Below, one piece after another: positions 1 to 9,697 of a stretch of DNA of 64,000 nt. The notes below the pieces were generated by a model. It was not told the DNA's origin and searched no databases. It worked only from the letters and a program-made list of their open reading frames with translations. The stretch spans positions 131,105 through 195,104 of the forward strand of contig CBDHDF010000004.1 of the NCBI GenBank assembly GCA_965261545.1, given 5' to 3'. Origin of the DNA: Bdellovibrionales bacterium (GTDB lineage Bacteria; Bdellovibrionota; Bdellovibrionia; Bdellovibrionales; UBA1609). Each line of letters begins with the position of its first letter. The stretch's first letter is position 1. The translations under genes were made by a program, and so were the position numbers.

Positions 1-669
1 CTCGTAGCAGAAAAAGTAGATCAAAGAAAAAAGTATTTTAAGACCCTCAGTCGCTATTGTGTATGTGTGGAGCTTAAAACTCTCTATGATCGCCAAATTC
101 CCATGTGGATTGAAAACATGGTTGCCAAAAAGGGCCTTCAAATCAACCCAGGAGCAAAAGCCTTACTTCATCAATGGGTGGGGTCCAATCTTCATGAAAT
201 TCAAAACGAAATATTCAAGTTGAAATCTTATATGGGTCACCGTTCTCATATTTGTGAAGATGATATCATGAAGGTAGTAAGTCGTTCCAGGGTTCATAGC
301 ATCTTTGAACTGACCCATGCCATTGGAGAAAGAGATGCCTCTACAGCTCTCATACTTCTTGCTCGTCTCCTCAAAAGTGGAGAAAGTGAAGTGGCCATTC
401 TTATTTTAGTTTTGCGTCATATTCGAACCTTAGGGATGATTCAAAAGGCTCAGTCCCAGGGTTTGAATGGAACCAAACTTAGTTCCACAGTGGGCATTCA
501 TCCTTTTTTCTTAAAGCAGTACCAGCAGCAATCTCGCTTATGGAGTCCCTCGAAGATTAAAAGCGCCATCCACCTACTCCACAACACAGACCGAGCCCTC
601 AAGTCTTCTTCTATTAACTCCCATATATGGCTGGAAAACTTTATTTTCCAATCCTGTCAGAACAACTAG
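1..669 (+). CDS. holA: DNA polymerase III delta subunit (5' part lies outside the window)
   Basis: The frame is open from base 1. C-terminal HolA motifs are present (NEIFKLKSY, SIFELTHAI, TDRALKSS). Confidence 0.85.
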   Translation, partial: LVAEKVDQRKKYFKTLSRYCVCVELKTLYDRQIPMWIENMVAKKGLQINPGAKALLHQWVGSNLHEIQNEIFKLKSYMGHRSHICEDDIMKVVSRSRVHSIFELTHAIGERDASTALILLARLLKSGESEVAILILVLRHIRTLGMIQKAQSQGLNGTKLSSTVGIHPFFLKQYQQQSRLWSPSKIKSAIHLLHNTDRALKSSSINSHIWLENFIFQSCQNN

Positions 670-2015
670 CGACCAAAGTCGTCTTGATAACGATGAATAT
701 CTGACTCAAGAAGCTGAGACCCCCTTTGAACTTCGATAAAACCAAGAGGTCCATCCCCCGTGTTGGCCATACGGTGCTTGGTTTGAATGGGAATATGGAT
801 ATAATCCCCCTCCTTCACGGGATAAACTTTATCGTCAATAGTCACTTCTCCCTGGCCCTGAATCACCACCCAGTGTTCTTCACGAAAATCATGGGATTGA
901 TAGGAAAGTTTCGCCCTAGGGTGAACCCATATTTTTTTGACAACGGCGGAGTTGTTTTGAAGCAAGGTTTCGTAGGACCCCCAAGGGCGAGTATCCCAGG
1001 TGTGATACTCCGTGGATTGGGGAGACAGCTTTTTGACTTGCTGGAGAAGCTCTTTCATATTGGAGGGAGTATTCGTATCACAAATCAAAAGGGCATCGGG
1101 AGTGTCCACAACAGTAAGATTCTCAACTCCTAGGAAGCCAATGGTTTTGGGAGCGAGGCTCAAGGAACGATTGTTTTTGGCATTGACTTCTATATTCTGA
1201 GATTGAGTTTTCAATGGCTCTTTGGTGCTAAAAACCTGTTCCCAGGAACCTAAATCACTCCAACCAATATCTGCGAGAAGACATAGGCGCGGTGAAAGGA
1301 CTTCCATAATTCCGTGGTCAAAACTTTTGGGGGAGATGAGATTATAGATATCATCCATGTTGGAGTTGTCTGGAAGAGTCATCTCCATTTGTTTCCAAAG
1401 TTGGGGCATCAACTCTTGAAAGTTCTGAATCATTCCTTTCACACGAAAAAAAAACATTCCAGCATTCCATAGGAAGTTCTCGCACCTCACATATCTTTCA
1501 GCCACTGAGAGATCAGGCTTCTCATGGAAACAAAGAACTTGATTGTGGGGCCCGACCTCAATATACCCAAACCCTGTGGCGGGGTAACTCGGCGGGATAC
1601 CTAGAGTCACCACATTGTTTCCCCGGGCAAGTTCTTCAGCTCTGTGGGCCAAGCGAATCAATTCATCTTCTTTCTCAATCAGTTGATCTGCAGGAAAAAT
1701 ACCCACCACTTCATTTTCAAGGGATCGAAGTTTTAACTGGTGGCAAAGCCTGGCAATGGCGGGAGCTGTGTTTCGGCCAAAGGGCTCATAGATTGCAGAG
1801 TCTAAAGACATTTGGCACTGTTGAAGGCATTGCTCCGTGAGGGTTCTTAAGTTTTTCGTTGTTAAAACCAAAGGAGGTCCAAGGGGACAGACGCGTCGTA
1901 GGGTTTTGATCATCAAGGACTCGTCAAAAAAAGAACAAAAGGGCTTGGGAAAAGCTTTTCTAGAAATGGGCCATAATCTCTCTCCACTTCCCCCAGATAT
2001 AATCACTGGAATCAT
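666..2015 (-). CDS. manC: Mannose-1-phosphate guanylyltransferase/mannose-6-phosphate isomerase
   Basis: GGSGERLWPISR, EPFGRNTAPAI, WSDLGSW and a C-terminal cupin (RPWG...LSYQSH..REEHW). Confidence 0.93.
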   Translation of the reverse strand: MIPVIISGGSGERLWPISRKAFPKPFCSFFDESLMIKTLRRVCPLGPPLVLTTKNLRTLTEQCLQQCQMSLDSAIYEPFGRNTAPAIARLCHQLKLRSLENEVVGIFPADQLIEKEDELIRLAHRAEELARGNNVVTLGIPPSYPATGFGYIEVGPHNQVLCFHEKPDLSVAERYVRCENFLWNAGMFFFRVKGMIQNFQELMPQLWKQMEMTLPDNSNMDDIYNLISPKSFDHGIMEVLSPRLCLLADIGWSDLGSWEQVFSTKEPLKTQSQNIEVNAKNNRSLSLAPKTIGFLGVENLTVVDTPDALLICDTNTPSNMKELLQQVKKLSPQSTEYHTWDTRPWGSYETLLQNNSAVVKKIWVHPRAKLSYQSHDFREEHWVVIQGQGEVTIDDKVYPVKEGDYIHIPIQTKHRMANTGDGPLGFIEVQRGSQLLESDIHRYQDDFGR

Positions 2016-2101
2016 AACTTTCTCTTTGTGTGGTCGAAGCGTTCTTTCATTGATCTCTCGGTTTCATCAAGTTTCATCAGTTTCATTGATCTCATCAGGT
2101 T

Positions 2102-2668
2102 TTACTCTGAGGCACTCTTCTCTGAAGAATGGGTGATTTGATGGACAACTCTTTCTACGATATCCGTGGTGGAATGACCTGAAACAAGCTGTAGGGATTT
2201 GACAATTCCTCCGTTTTTTCGCATAAAATCTGCTCCCACGATACGATCAATGGGCCAATCTCCTCCCTTGACTAACACATGGGGCTTGATATTTTCAATG
2301 AGTGGAAGTGGATTTTTGTTACCAAAAAAACAAACATAATCCACACAAGATAGAGCCAAAAGAATTTCGGCACGATCTTCTTGTGTCTGAATAGGGCGGT
2401 GGGGCCCCTTAAGCATGCGAACACTTTCATCATTGTCCACTCCAACAACAAGGACATCTCCACAGGCCTTAGCTTCTTGTAAATAACGAATATGGCCTAT
2501 GTGGAGGATATCAAAGCAACCATTGGTAAATACAATTCTCTTATTGTGATGTTTCTTTAAGTTGTTGACAAGTTCATCCAAGGCAAGAGCTGTACTCAGA
2601 GAAGGAGAAATCACTGAGGGGGAGGGGGCTCCTAGGTTTGAAGTGAAAGGTGTATCCATAACGCCCAT
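2102..2668 (-). CDS. rfaE2: D-glycero-beta-D-manno-heptose 1-phosphate adenylyltransferase
   Basis: VFTNGCFDILHIGH, LKGPHRP and VLVKGGDW motifs. Confidence 0.9.
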   Translation of the reverse strand: MGVMDTPFTSNLGAPSPSVISPSLSTALALDELVNNLKKHHNKRIVFTNGCFDILHIGHIRYLQEAKACGDVLVVGVDNDESVRMLKGPHRPIQTQEDRAEILLALSCVDYVCFFGNKNPLPLIENIKPHVLVKGGDWPIDRIVGADFMRKNGGIVKSLQLVSGHSTTDIVERVVHQITHSSEKSASE

Positions 2669-2674
2669 GAGAGG

Positions 2675-3634
2675 CTAACAATGTCTATAGAGTTGGAGAC
2701 CTGTTAAATAATAAGTCATATCTTTTCTTATCAGAAGTGACAAAAGAGGCAACATGAAAAGAGAGATCACAACCACAATACTTCTCCAGAAAACAAGAAG
2801 AGGGTAGTAAGCTTTCTTCATCTGCTTTTCGTGACCAAGTTGGCAGTCAAATGTCCACTCTCCCAATGTGCAACCAAAATAACTACGGGTTAACACAGAG
2901 TAGATAGTAAAAGCCCCTATGCACATGGCTCCCATAGCCAGATGAATATTGAAATTCCATGGAATGTTCAACATAAATTGCATAGAGTTGAACTCGTTGA
3001 CAGTGAGAAAGCAGAGGAGAAAAGCTAAAGAAATAGCCCCCCCTACCATAATATCTAAGGTCAATGAGGAAAGAGAGAGGGGAATCGCTTTCAAAGGCAT
3101 GGCTGTTGAAGCAGATGAGGCCACAGGGGTGATTGAGGTTGCTGGGACAGTCGAAGAAGTCGTTGAGTGGGCGGGGGACATCGGAGTGAACATGGCCTTT
3201 TTGGGAGTCATCTTGGGAGTCATCATATTCGCCCTTGGGGTGGCCTCTTCCATAGAGGGCCACAGGGGTTGAGCAAAACTACGAATTTCTGAGGAGTTAC
3301 TTACCAAGGGACCACGATCACTCAGGGGGCCACGACCACTCAGGGGGGCACTTGTCGAGGGGTTCATCTGTCCATTTCGAGAGGCACTGGCCTCAACTTG
3401 ATCAAAAGATGCCAATATTTCATTGAGAGCCTTGGCGGAGGCAGGCTCTTTTTCATCTAAAAGCCCCATGGGAACGCAATGGGGAAGTTCCACATCCATG
3501 GAATCTTTCATCGCTTTTTTCATATTGGAGCCAAGGTGAAGAGATTTCTTGTGAAACCCCAAGCCCCCAGTGATGGGCTTAACATGAAATTCATTAAAGG
3601 GGTCAGCTTCTTTACCTATATTTTCTTTTTCCAT
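2675..3634 (-). CDS. RDD-family membrane protein with a low-complexity N-terminal region
   Basis: KPITGGLGFH at the N-terminus and C-terminal TM helices with TLGEW. Start moved to ATG 3634 to avoid overlapping fliW. Confidence 0.65.
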   Translation of the reverse strand: MEKENIGKEADPFNEFHVKPITGGLGFHKKSLHLGSNMKKAMKDSMDVELPHCVPMGLLDEKEPASAKALNEILASFDQVEASASRNGQMNPSTSAPLSGRGPLSDRGPLVSNSSEIRSFAQPLWPSMEEATPRANMMTPKMTPKKAMFTPMSPAHSTTSSTVPATSITPVASSASTAMPLKAIPLSLSSLTLDIMVGGAISLAFLLCFLTVNEFNSMQFMLNIPWNFNIHLAMGAMCIGAFTIYSVLTRSYFGCTLGEWTFDCQLGHEKQMKKAYYPLLVFWRSIVVVISLFMLPLLSLLIRKDMTYYLTGLQLYRHC

Positions 3635-3680
3635 ACCTTCCTTTTCTCGAAGTATAAACAACTTATAAAAACTGTGGTGG

Positions 3681-4229
3681 CTAGGCTTCAGTTTCAAAAG
3701 AGCATGGGGATTGAGAAGGAGGAGGGGAGGATTTTGCATTCTCCCCATGGGCTTCCCTTTCCTTTGTTATGAGTAACTCTTTGAAAACTCTTTGACGAAG
3801 CTGAGCAAAAATCGGTTCTTGTATGGACAGTTGAGGCTTTTGAATGATGCACTGATGTCCCAGATTGGCCTTTTTATTGATCACAAGAGGAGCTTTTGTG
3901 TTAGCTGTCATTTGACTAGGATCGTCTTCAGGTATGGCCAAGATGGAGAAAATACAACAGTCCTTTTCGGACTCGACCTGTACAGCCTCCAAGTCATATT
4001 GTGTCAGATCAAAATTAAGCTTGGGAGCAAAAAAAACAGGCTCAATAAGTGGAAATATCATTTCGGGTTTTTCGTAGTTCTCTAGCCAAGAAAAGATACC
4101 AATATCAGTATCACTCATGAGACTAAAGTTTTTTAGGTCACGAAAACCCAGAAGGCCCTCTGGGAAATGAATATAAGTACTCTCTCTTTTGAATTCCATG
4201 GAAAAAAGTCCAGACTTTTGAATAGTCAT
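3681..4229 (-). CDS. fliW: Flagellar assembly factor / CsrA antagonist FliW
   Basis: FPEGLLGF and MTANTKAPLVIN motifs; adjacent to csrA. Confidence 0.88.
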   Translation of the reverse strand: MTIQKSGLFSMEFKRESTYIHFPEGLLGFRDLKNFSLMSDTDIGIFSWLENYEKPEMIFPLIEPVFFAPKLNFDLTQYDLEAVQVESEKDCCIFSILAIPEDDPSQMTANTKAPLVINKKANLGHQCIIQKPQLSIQEPIFAQLRQRVFKELLITKEREAHGENAKSSPPPSQSPCSFETEA

Positions 4230-4366
4230 TTCACCCCCCCTGCGTGCAGGGTAACCCCCATCGGCAAGTTCTGGCAAGGTCTAATTCTTACATAGTGTTA
4301 TAATAAACTTCTGCAAAAAACTTACAAAAAATTTTTACGAAGGAAAGGGTTTGACACAATGCAAAT

Positions 4367-4594
4367 CTAATCTTTAAGGATCTTAGATGCGGCGCGTATT
4401 TTTTGGGCCCCCGGATCCACGGAAGCTTTATTTTGATTTTGTATAGCTGAATAAATTTCTTCTCGATGAATTCTAGTATTATTGGGAGCCTCAATGCCTA
4501 AACGCACTTGCTTGCCCTTAATCTGAACCACACTGATTTTAATATGGTCATCAATAGCTATGCTCTCACCGAGCTTTCTTGTTAGAACCAGCAC
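4367..4594 (-). CDS. csrA: Carbon storage regulator CsrA
   Basis: MLVLTRKLGESIAIDD...VRLGIEAP...IHREEIY. Confidence 0.97.
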   Translation of the reverse strand: MLVLTRKLGESIAIDDHIKISVVQIKGKQVRLGIEAPNNTRIHREEIYSAIQNQNKASVDPGAQKIRAASKILKD

Positions 4595-4876
4595 TTAAGA
4601 CTTCTCCTTCAACATCCTCGTCAAAGATTAAAAGCTTTACCAATGGTGGAGGCAGCATGAATTTGGAAAGATATGCTTGAAAAAGGTCGCCTTGAGCAAG
4701 CTTCTCCGTTTCCAGGGGTTTTTCTCGCTCAGGCAAGTCCCTTGGAACCACCCGAAGGAAACCTATACAGTAAAAAAGTGGATTAGAAAAGATTTAGTTT
4801 CACAAAAAATCAATCACTACGGAGAGTATAACTTTAAGCATTGAGCTTCAATTAAAAGGAAGAGGAGGGTGCACCC

Positions 4877-5022
4877 CTACTCGGGGAGTGATAAATATGA
4901 ATCGAGGAGGTGCTCTGCAACGGCAGCGGCATCAACTTCATATCGCCCTTGGTCAATGAGTTTCTGAAGATGCTTAATGCGCACTTCGTCAATGCTTTGA
5001 TCCTTGGCCATGGCTTTGATTT
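4877..5022 (-). pseudogene. flgM: 3' fragment of anti-sigma-28 factor FlgM, truncated by IS1634
   Basis: Manual translation gives IKAMAKDQSIDEVRIKHLQKLIDQGRYEVDAAAVAEHLLDSYLSLPE*, which fits the FlgM C-terminal pattern. The 5' end abuts the IS inverted repeat. Confidence 0.8.
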
Positions 5023-6935
5023 CCCGAGTTTGACAGCAGCATCTGCGTCAAACGAATGATATTAAAGGATTAACGCATATAGTTGTATTTTGTTTATCCA
5101 CACTTGTGGGCATTAAGGATTCTGGGAGGGATGGGGACGCCTGCGGCTTTAAATAAGGAGTTGGCATTGCCAGTGATATCTGTGCGGGTCCAAATGACTT
5201 GATCACGAATTTTAACAGGGATAGCCCTAACTTCCTTGAGTTCCCTCATGGCCTCTACAACAGTTAAAGGTCGCTCTTTAACATGACCAATGCCTATGGC
5301 TGGGCTTTTTAGGTTCATCTTCTTATCTCTTAAACATTTTGTAAGGTGGGCCTCACAAAGATAAGTTAAAAAGCATAGAGTTAAATGTCCAATAATCCTC
5401 TGGTCTGTCCAATGGAAAACAGGACGTGTTTTCAAAGTCCCTTTTAACTCACCAAAAGCATCTTCAATTTTCCACAATTCTTTGTAGTTGATAATAATCT
5501 CATCTGCCGTCAAGTCTTTGACATTTGTAAGGACGGCAAAAAAACCATCAATTTTTTCATCTAATTCTATTTGTTCTGCATTTAATTCAGGTTTTTTATT
5601 TTTGTCGTCAGCCATCTTTACATATTTCTTATAACCTTTATTGGAAACAAAAGTACTAGACTGAACACCTTTAGAAGATAGTTTTCCTTCGATCTTTTCA
5701 AGAAGGGATTCTCTAGATTTTTTATCTCTCTCTGCTCTTTTCCTAGACCAAGTCACAATACATCTATGCCCCCCATGGTCTGTTTCGTAAACAGCAAGCT
5801 CATTCTCATATACCCAGCTAAAACGATTTAAATCATAGACCTCTTGTTTCTTTTCTTTTTTTAAAGATCCAAGCTTCATACCAACAATAAACTCGCTTTG
5901 ATCCTCACTGAGTTTGTCAGTATTAGCCTTTGATAAAAGCCCCCTATCAGCCACAAAAATGAAACGGCGTACATTAAACTTTTTTCTCATTTTATCAACA
6001 ATATCTGAAAGCGTCTTGCCTTCAAAAGTATTACCAGGGAAAACCTCAAAACCTAAAGGGATGCCATCCCGATTCACCAACAAACCAAAGACAACTTGGG
6101 TGCAGTCTGATCGTCTCTCTTTACTATAGCCAAATTGACGAAGTTTCCCTAAGTCTGTTCTTGTACTCTCGAAGCGTAAGGTTGTTAAATCATACAACAC
6201 AATGTCTACTTGGAAATTAAATAAATCTCGCCCCACCCAATAAAGCGAGTTCTCTATTTCATCCTTATGGGAGGCAAGTAAGTCCATAGACCGATAAATA
6301 TGCTGGAGACTCAAATCACCCTTAATCATGTCTGGGTAAAAAGATTTTTGCCAATACTCAAAAACCTTTAACTTGGAACTAGGAGCAATAAATCGGCTGG
6401 CAACTAAGGTAAAAATCACCTTACATAAATCAAATTGAACTTTCTCATGAGAATCTTTTATGTCTTTGAGGGTCTTATTGATACCCAGTTGATCAAACAA
6501 CTTTTGTAAAATCAGCAAGGGACCCAAAATGAAAGTCTCTTCGATGTAAAGCTCCTTAGCCAATTGACTCACAGTGAGAAGCTCTCGGTGGCGGGATACG
6601 GCCTGCGCCAAACTATTAATCTTATCCTCTCCTCCTTCTCCAGCCTTACCTAAGGACATGAGCATGCGTTTTTTGGATTTGCCTTTTTCTCTGTAGGACT
6701 CCACAAGGTGGTAGTAGCACTGACCTTTTGAGTTTTTAGTCGTTTGGATGTACATGAGGATATTTTCTACATATTTCTATGATATATCAATATTTAAAAC
6801 GATAAAATCCTATTTTGTTTTCTACACTTTTTTTACGTCAATTTTAATTTTTCCAGCAGCTACCATTATATTTCAGTACAACCCCAATTTCTGGAAATTT
6901 CGCATTTTAACGCAGATGCTGCTGTCAAACTCGGG
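5023..6935 (-). mobile_element. IS1634-family element, copy 1 (1913 bp), no flanking target duplication
   Basis: 26-bp terminal IRs CCCGAGTTTGACAGCAGCATCTGCGT; near-identical to copies 2 and 3. Confidence 0.93.
5094..6755 (-). CDS. IS1634-family DDE transposase
   Basis: YDLTTLRFE, FGYSKERRSD, VFPGNTFEGKT, VADRG and YKELWKIEDAF...RPVFHW motifs. Confidence 0.93.
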   Translation of the reverse strand: MYIQTTKNSKGQCYYHLVESYREKGKSKKRMLMSLGKAGEGGEDKINSLAQAVSRHRELLTVSQLAKELYIEETFILGPLLILQKLFDQLGINKTLKDIKDSHEKVQFDLCKVIFTLVASRFIAPSSKLKVFEYWQKSFYPDMIKGDLSLQHIYRSMDLLASHKDEIENSLYWVGRDLFNFQVDIVLYDLTTLRFESTRTDLGKLRQFGYSKERRSDCTQVVFGLLVNRDGIPLGFEVFPGNTFEGKTLSDIVDKMRKKFNVRRFIFVADRGLLSKANTDKLSEDQSEFIVGMKLGSLKKEKKQEVYDLNRFSWVYENELAVYETDHGGHRCIVTWSRKRAERDKKSRESLLEKIEGKLSSKGVQSSTFVSNKGYKKYVKMADDKNKKPELNAEQIELDEKIDGFFAVLTNVKDLTADEIIINYKELWKIEDAFGELKGTLKTRPVFHWTDQRIIGHLTLCFLTYLCEAHLTKCLRDKKMNLKSPAIGIGHVKERPLTVVEAMRELKEVRAIPVKIRDQVIWTRTDITGNANSLFKAAGVPIPPRILNAHKCG

Positions 6936-7108
6936 AGGCGAGCATAAATGTCAAAGACGCCAAGCCCAAGGTATGGGCGAATGAACCTCCTCATGAGCTT
7001 ATTTGGGAATTTGATGTACTTATAAAAGACCCCTTATCCGCCTATGCGGTCCTCGTTGGTATTGAATCGGGCCGTATTCGCAAACAATTCCCAACACACA
7101 AAAACTAG
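6936..7108 (+). pseudogene. 3' fragment of an unknown gene (possibly PepSY-like C-terminus), truncated by IS1634
   Basis: Open frame from the IS end: ASINVKDAKPKVWANEPPHELIWEFDVLIKDPLSAYAVLVGIESGRIRKQFPTHKN*. Its stop overlaps the convergent trmB stop, and it has no start codon. Confidence 0.55.
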
Positions 7109-7833
7109 CCCTTGGTGATAAGAGCATAGTGAATGGGTAAATTCTGAGAAGTAAATATCTTTTCAAAGTGAGTGGGAAAATTTGTGGCCCTCCACCGTGA
7201 GTTGTATAAGTCATGGGTCACAGCATGAATTTCGTAAGGACTTTCTTTGAAGTACTCGAGAGATTCATCGAAATAGTCTCTATTGTCTGTTTTGAATTCA
7301 ATGTAACTCTGGGGCCTTTGTATGGCCCATAAATCACTTAAAAAAAGAGGGCAAATAAGTCGATGCTTACGCTGCTTCTTTTTGATCCAAGGATCGGGGA
7401 AGTGGATGTACACATTATCGATTTCTTCAGATTCAAAGATGTGATTCAAAAAGCGTGCATGGTATCTTGCCATGCAAGTGTTTCTACAACCCTCCTTAAG
7501 AGCTCGACGAATGGATTGAATCAAAGGCTTGTATTTGAGTTCGAGACCAACAAGATAGCGCTCAGGATGGGAAAGCCCATGGTGGACAAAGTGGTAGCCA
7601 TTTCCTGTACCAATCTCAAGGTCTAGGGGAAAGCCTGAAGAAACACCAAACACCTCCTGTCTCCAACTCCCTTTAAGTGAGCCCACACGCTCCTCGTTAA
7701 AGGCCCATCGAGAGAATTCACTATTCAGAGCCCTCACATAGTCATTAGGGTAGGGAATCTCGCAAGTGAGACTGATGGGCAGAGAAGAGTGAGCAGGGTT
7801 TTGAGAGTTTTTAGCCTGTTGTTCCATTTCCAC
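7105..7833 (-). CDS. trmB: tRNA (guanine-N7)-methyltransferase
   Basis: LEIGTGNG, HFPDPW.KK..KHRL, FKTD and THFEK motifs. Confidence 0.93.
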   Translation of the reverse strand: MEMEQQAKNSQNPAHSSLPISLTCEIPYPNDYVRALNSEFSRWAFNEERVGSLKGSWRQEVFGVSSGFPLDLEIGTGNGYHFVHHGLSHPERYLVGLELKYKPLIQSIRRALKEGCRNTCMARYHARFLNHIFESEEIDNVYIHFPDPWIKKKQRKHRLICPLFLSDLWAIQRPQSYIEFKTDNRDYFDESLEYFKESPYEIHAVTHDLYNSRWRATNFPTHFEKIFTSQNLPIHYALITKG

Positions 7834-7882
7834 AGCCGTTTATCACCTTGACAAATGGACAGTCAATAGGTTAGGCAATCTC

Positions 7883-9622
7883 ATGCTTTTAAGCGGCCTC
7901 ATACAATGCATATCACTCATACACAAACCACCACACATCCCACCGGCAATAGTGCCCGCTCTTTTCCTTACCTTTCTGACCACGCTGGAAGGCACCATTC
8001 TACCACCACTGGCCCAAGCTGTGCCCACCAAGGGCCACCGACTGATGATTGCTGCGGTCTCTCCCCATGCCGTTGAACTTGGAAAACAAGTGGCCCTCAA
8101 GGGAGGCAATGTTGTCGACGTCGCCGTCACTGTCGCCCTCACCCTCTCGGTCACTCACCCCTACTATGCAGCTCTTGGAGGAGGAGGATTTGCCCTTGTG
8201 AAGATGGGAAAAAAAGGGGTACGGGTCCTCGATTTTCGCGAAAAAGCTCCTGGGGGAACCTCCCCCAACTTTTATCTCAATAAAGCCAAGAGAGCTTCTT
8301 TAGATGGGGGCCATGCCATTGGTGTACCAGGAATCCCCGCTGGCCTGTGGGCTCTTCATCAAAAGTATGGAAAACTCAGTTGGTCTCAGCTACTTGCAGG
8401 CCCCATAGAGCTGGCACGAAAAGGGTTTCGAGTTTCAGGAGAGTGGGTGAGGATCACCCATAAGACCAAAGATCGCTTTACAGCTTCGGGGCAAAAGTTT
8501 TTTCTCAAAGAAGGAAAGGCTATGTACAAGCCGGGGTCTATTTTCAAGCAAAAAGCCCTGGCACAAGCTCTTAAAAAAATTCGAGATCGAAATACCTTTC
8601 CTTTTTACCATGGTGATCTCGCTCAAGACATGGTCAAAAGCATAAAAAAAGCTGGAGGTATTCTCAGCCTACAAGATCTTAAAAACTACAAAGTTCGTTG
8701 GCTTTCTCCCCTGACAACAAATTTCCATGGACACAAGATTTACTTAATGCCCCCTCCCAGCAGTGGCGGCCTTGTCATTCAATCAGCCCTTTCTCTCATG
8801 CACCAACTCCAGTTAAAAAAACTTAAACCCATGAGTGTGGATGAATTTCATATGATCGGTGAGGTTTTAAGCCGTTCTTTTCGCGGACGTAGCCTTTTAG
8901 GTGACCCAGATTTCCACAAAAACCCCATAAATCACCTTCTCTCACCTAAGTATCTCTCCAAAATGGCACAAACAATCCATATTCATCGCACTCAAAAAAT
9001 AACCCCTCTTTCATTGCCAACCCCTAAGGAAGGCAAGGAAAGTCATGAAACCACACACCTCTCTGTGCTGGATCACAAGGGAAATGCTGTGACTATGACC
9101 ATCACTCTCAACGGAGGCTACGGTTCGGGAGTGGTCAGTGAAAAATACGGCATAGCCTTGAACAATGAAATGGATGACTTCACAACCCACCCCGGCAAAC
9201 CCAATTTATGGGGACTTGTCCAAGGGTCTGGTAATCAAGTGCAACCAGGGAAAAGACCTCTTAGTTCTATGAGCCCCACACTGGTGGAAAAAAACAACAA
9301 AATTATTATGTCTTTGGGTGCCCCTGGGGGCCCTACCATTATCAGTGGTGTTTTACAGACTCTCTATCGCCTGATTGTCACAGGTTGGGACGTGGATAGG
9401 GCCATTCAAGCTCCAAGGGTTCATCACCAATTTCTTCCCCATACCCTTTATTTAGATGAAGGGCGATTTTTTCCTGAAACAATTGAAGGTCTTAAAAAGC
9501 GCGGCCACAAAACTCAAAACATTCGGTTGGTTGGGCGCATATACGCCATTCGCCAAAACAAAGATGGTGTTTTAGAGGCCGCCCATGACTCCCGAGGCGA
9601 AGGAGCTTCGGGAGGATACTGA
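7883..9622 (+). CDS. ggt: Gamma-glutamyltransferase (start uncertain)
   Basis: DFREKAP, PPPSSGG, ETTHLSV (nucleophilic Thr), LNNEMDDF and PGKRPLSSMSPT motifs. Confidence 0.95.
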   Translation: MLLSGLIQCISLIHKPPHIPPAIVPALFLTFLTTLEGTILPPLAQAVPTKGHRLMIAAVSPHAVELGKQVALKGGNVVDVAVTVALTLSVTHPYYAALGGGGFALVKMGKKGVRVLDFREKAPGGTSPNFYLNKAKRASLDGGHAIGVPGIPAGLWALHQKYGKLSWSQLLAGPIELARKGFRVSGEWVRITHKTKDRFTASGQKFFLKEGKAMYKPGSIFKQKALAQALKKIRDRNTFPFYHGDLAQDMVKSIKKAGGILSLQDLKNYKVRWLSPLTTNFHGHKIYLMPPPSSGGLVIQSALSLMHQLQLKKLKPMSVDEFHMIGEVLSRSFRGRSLLGDPDFHKNPINHLLSPKYLSKMAQTIHIHRTQKITPLSLPTPKEGKESHETTHLSVLDHKGNAVTMTITLNGGYGSGVVSEKYGIALNNEMDDFTTHPGKPNLWGLVQGSGNQVQPGKRPLSSMSPTLVEKNNKIIMSLGAPGGPTIISGVLQTLYRLIVTGWDVDRAIQAPRVHHQFLPHTLYLDEGRFFPETIEGLKKRGHKTQNIRLVGRIYAIRQNKDGVLEAAHDSRGEGASGGY

Positions 9623-9697
9623 TTCACGGCACGGGGCTCTCAGAGCCCTTCCTTAATAGCCTACTACCATCTGCACCCTCGGTTGGGTTGGTTGGCC

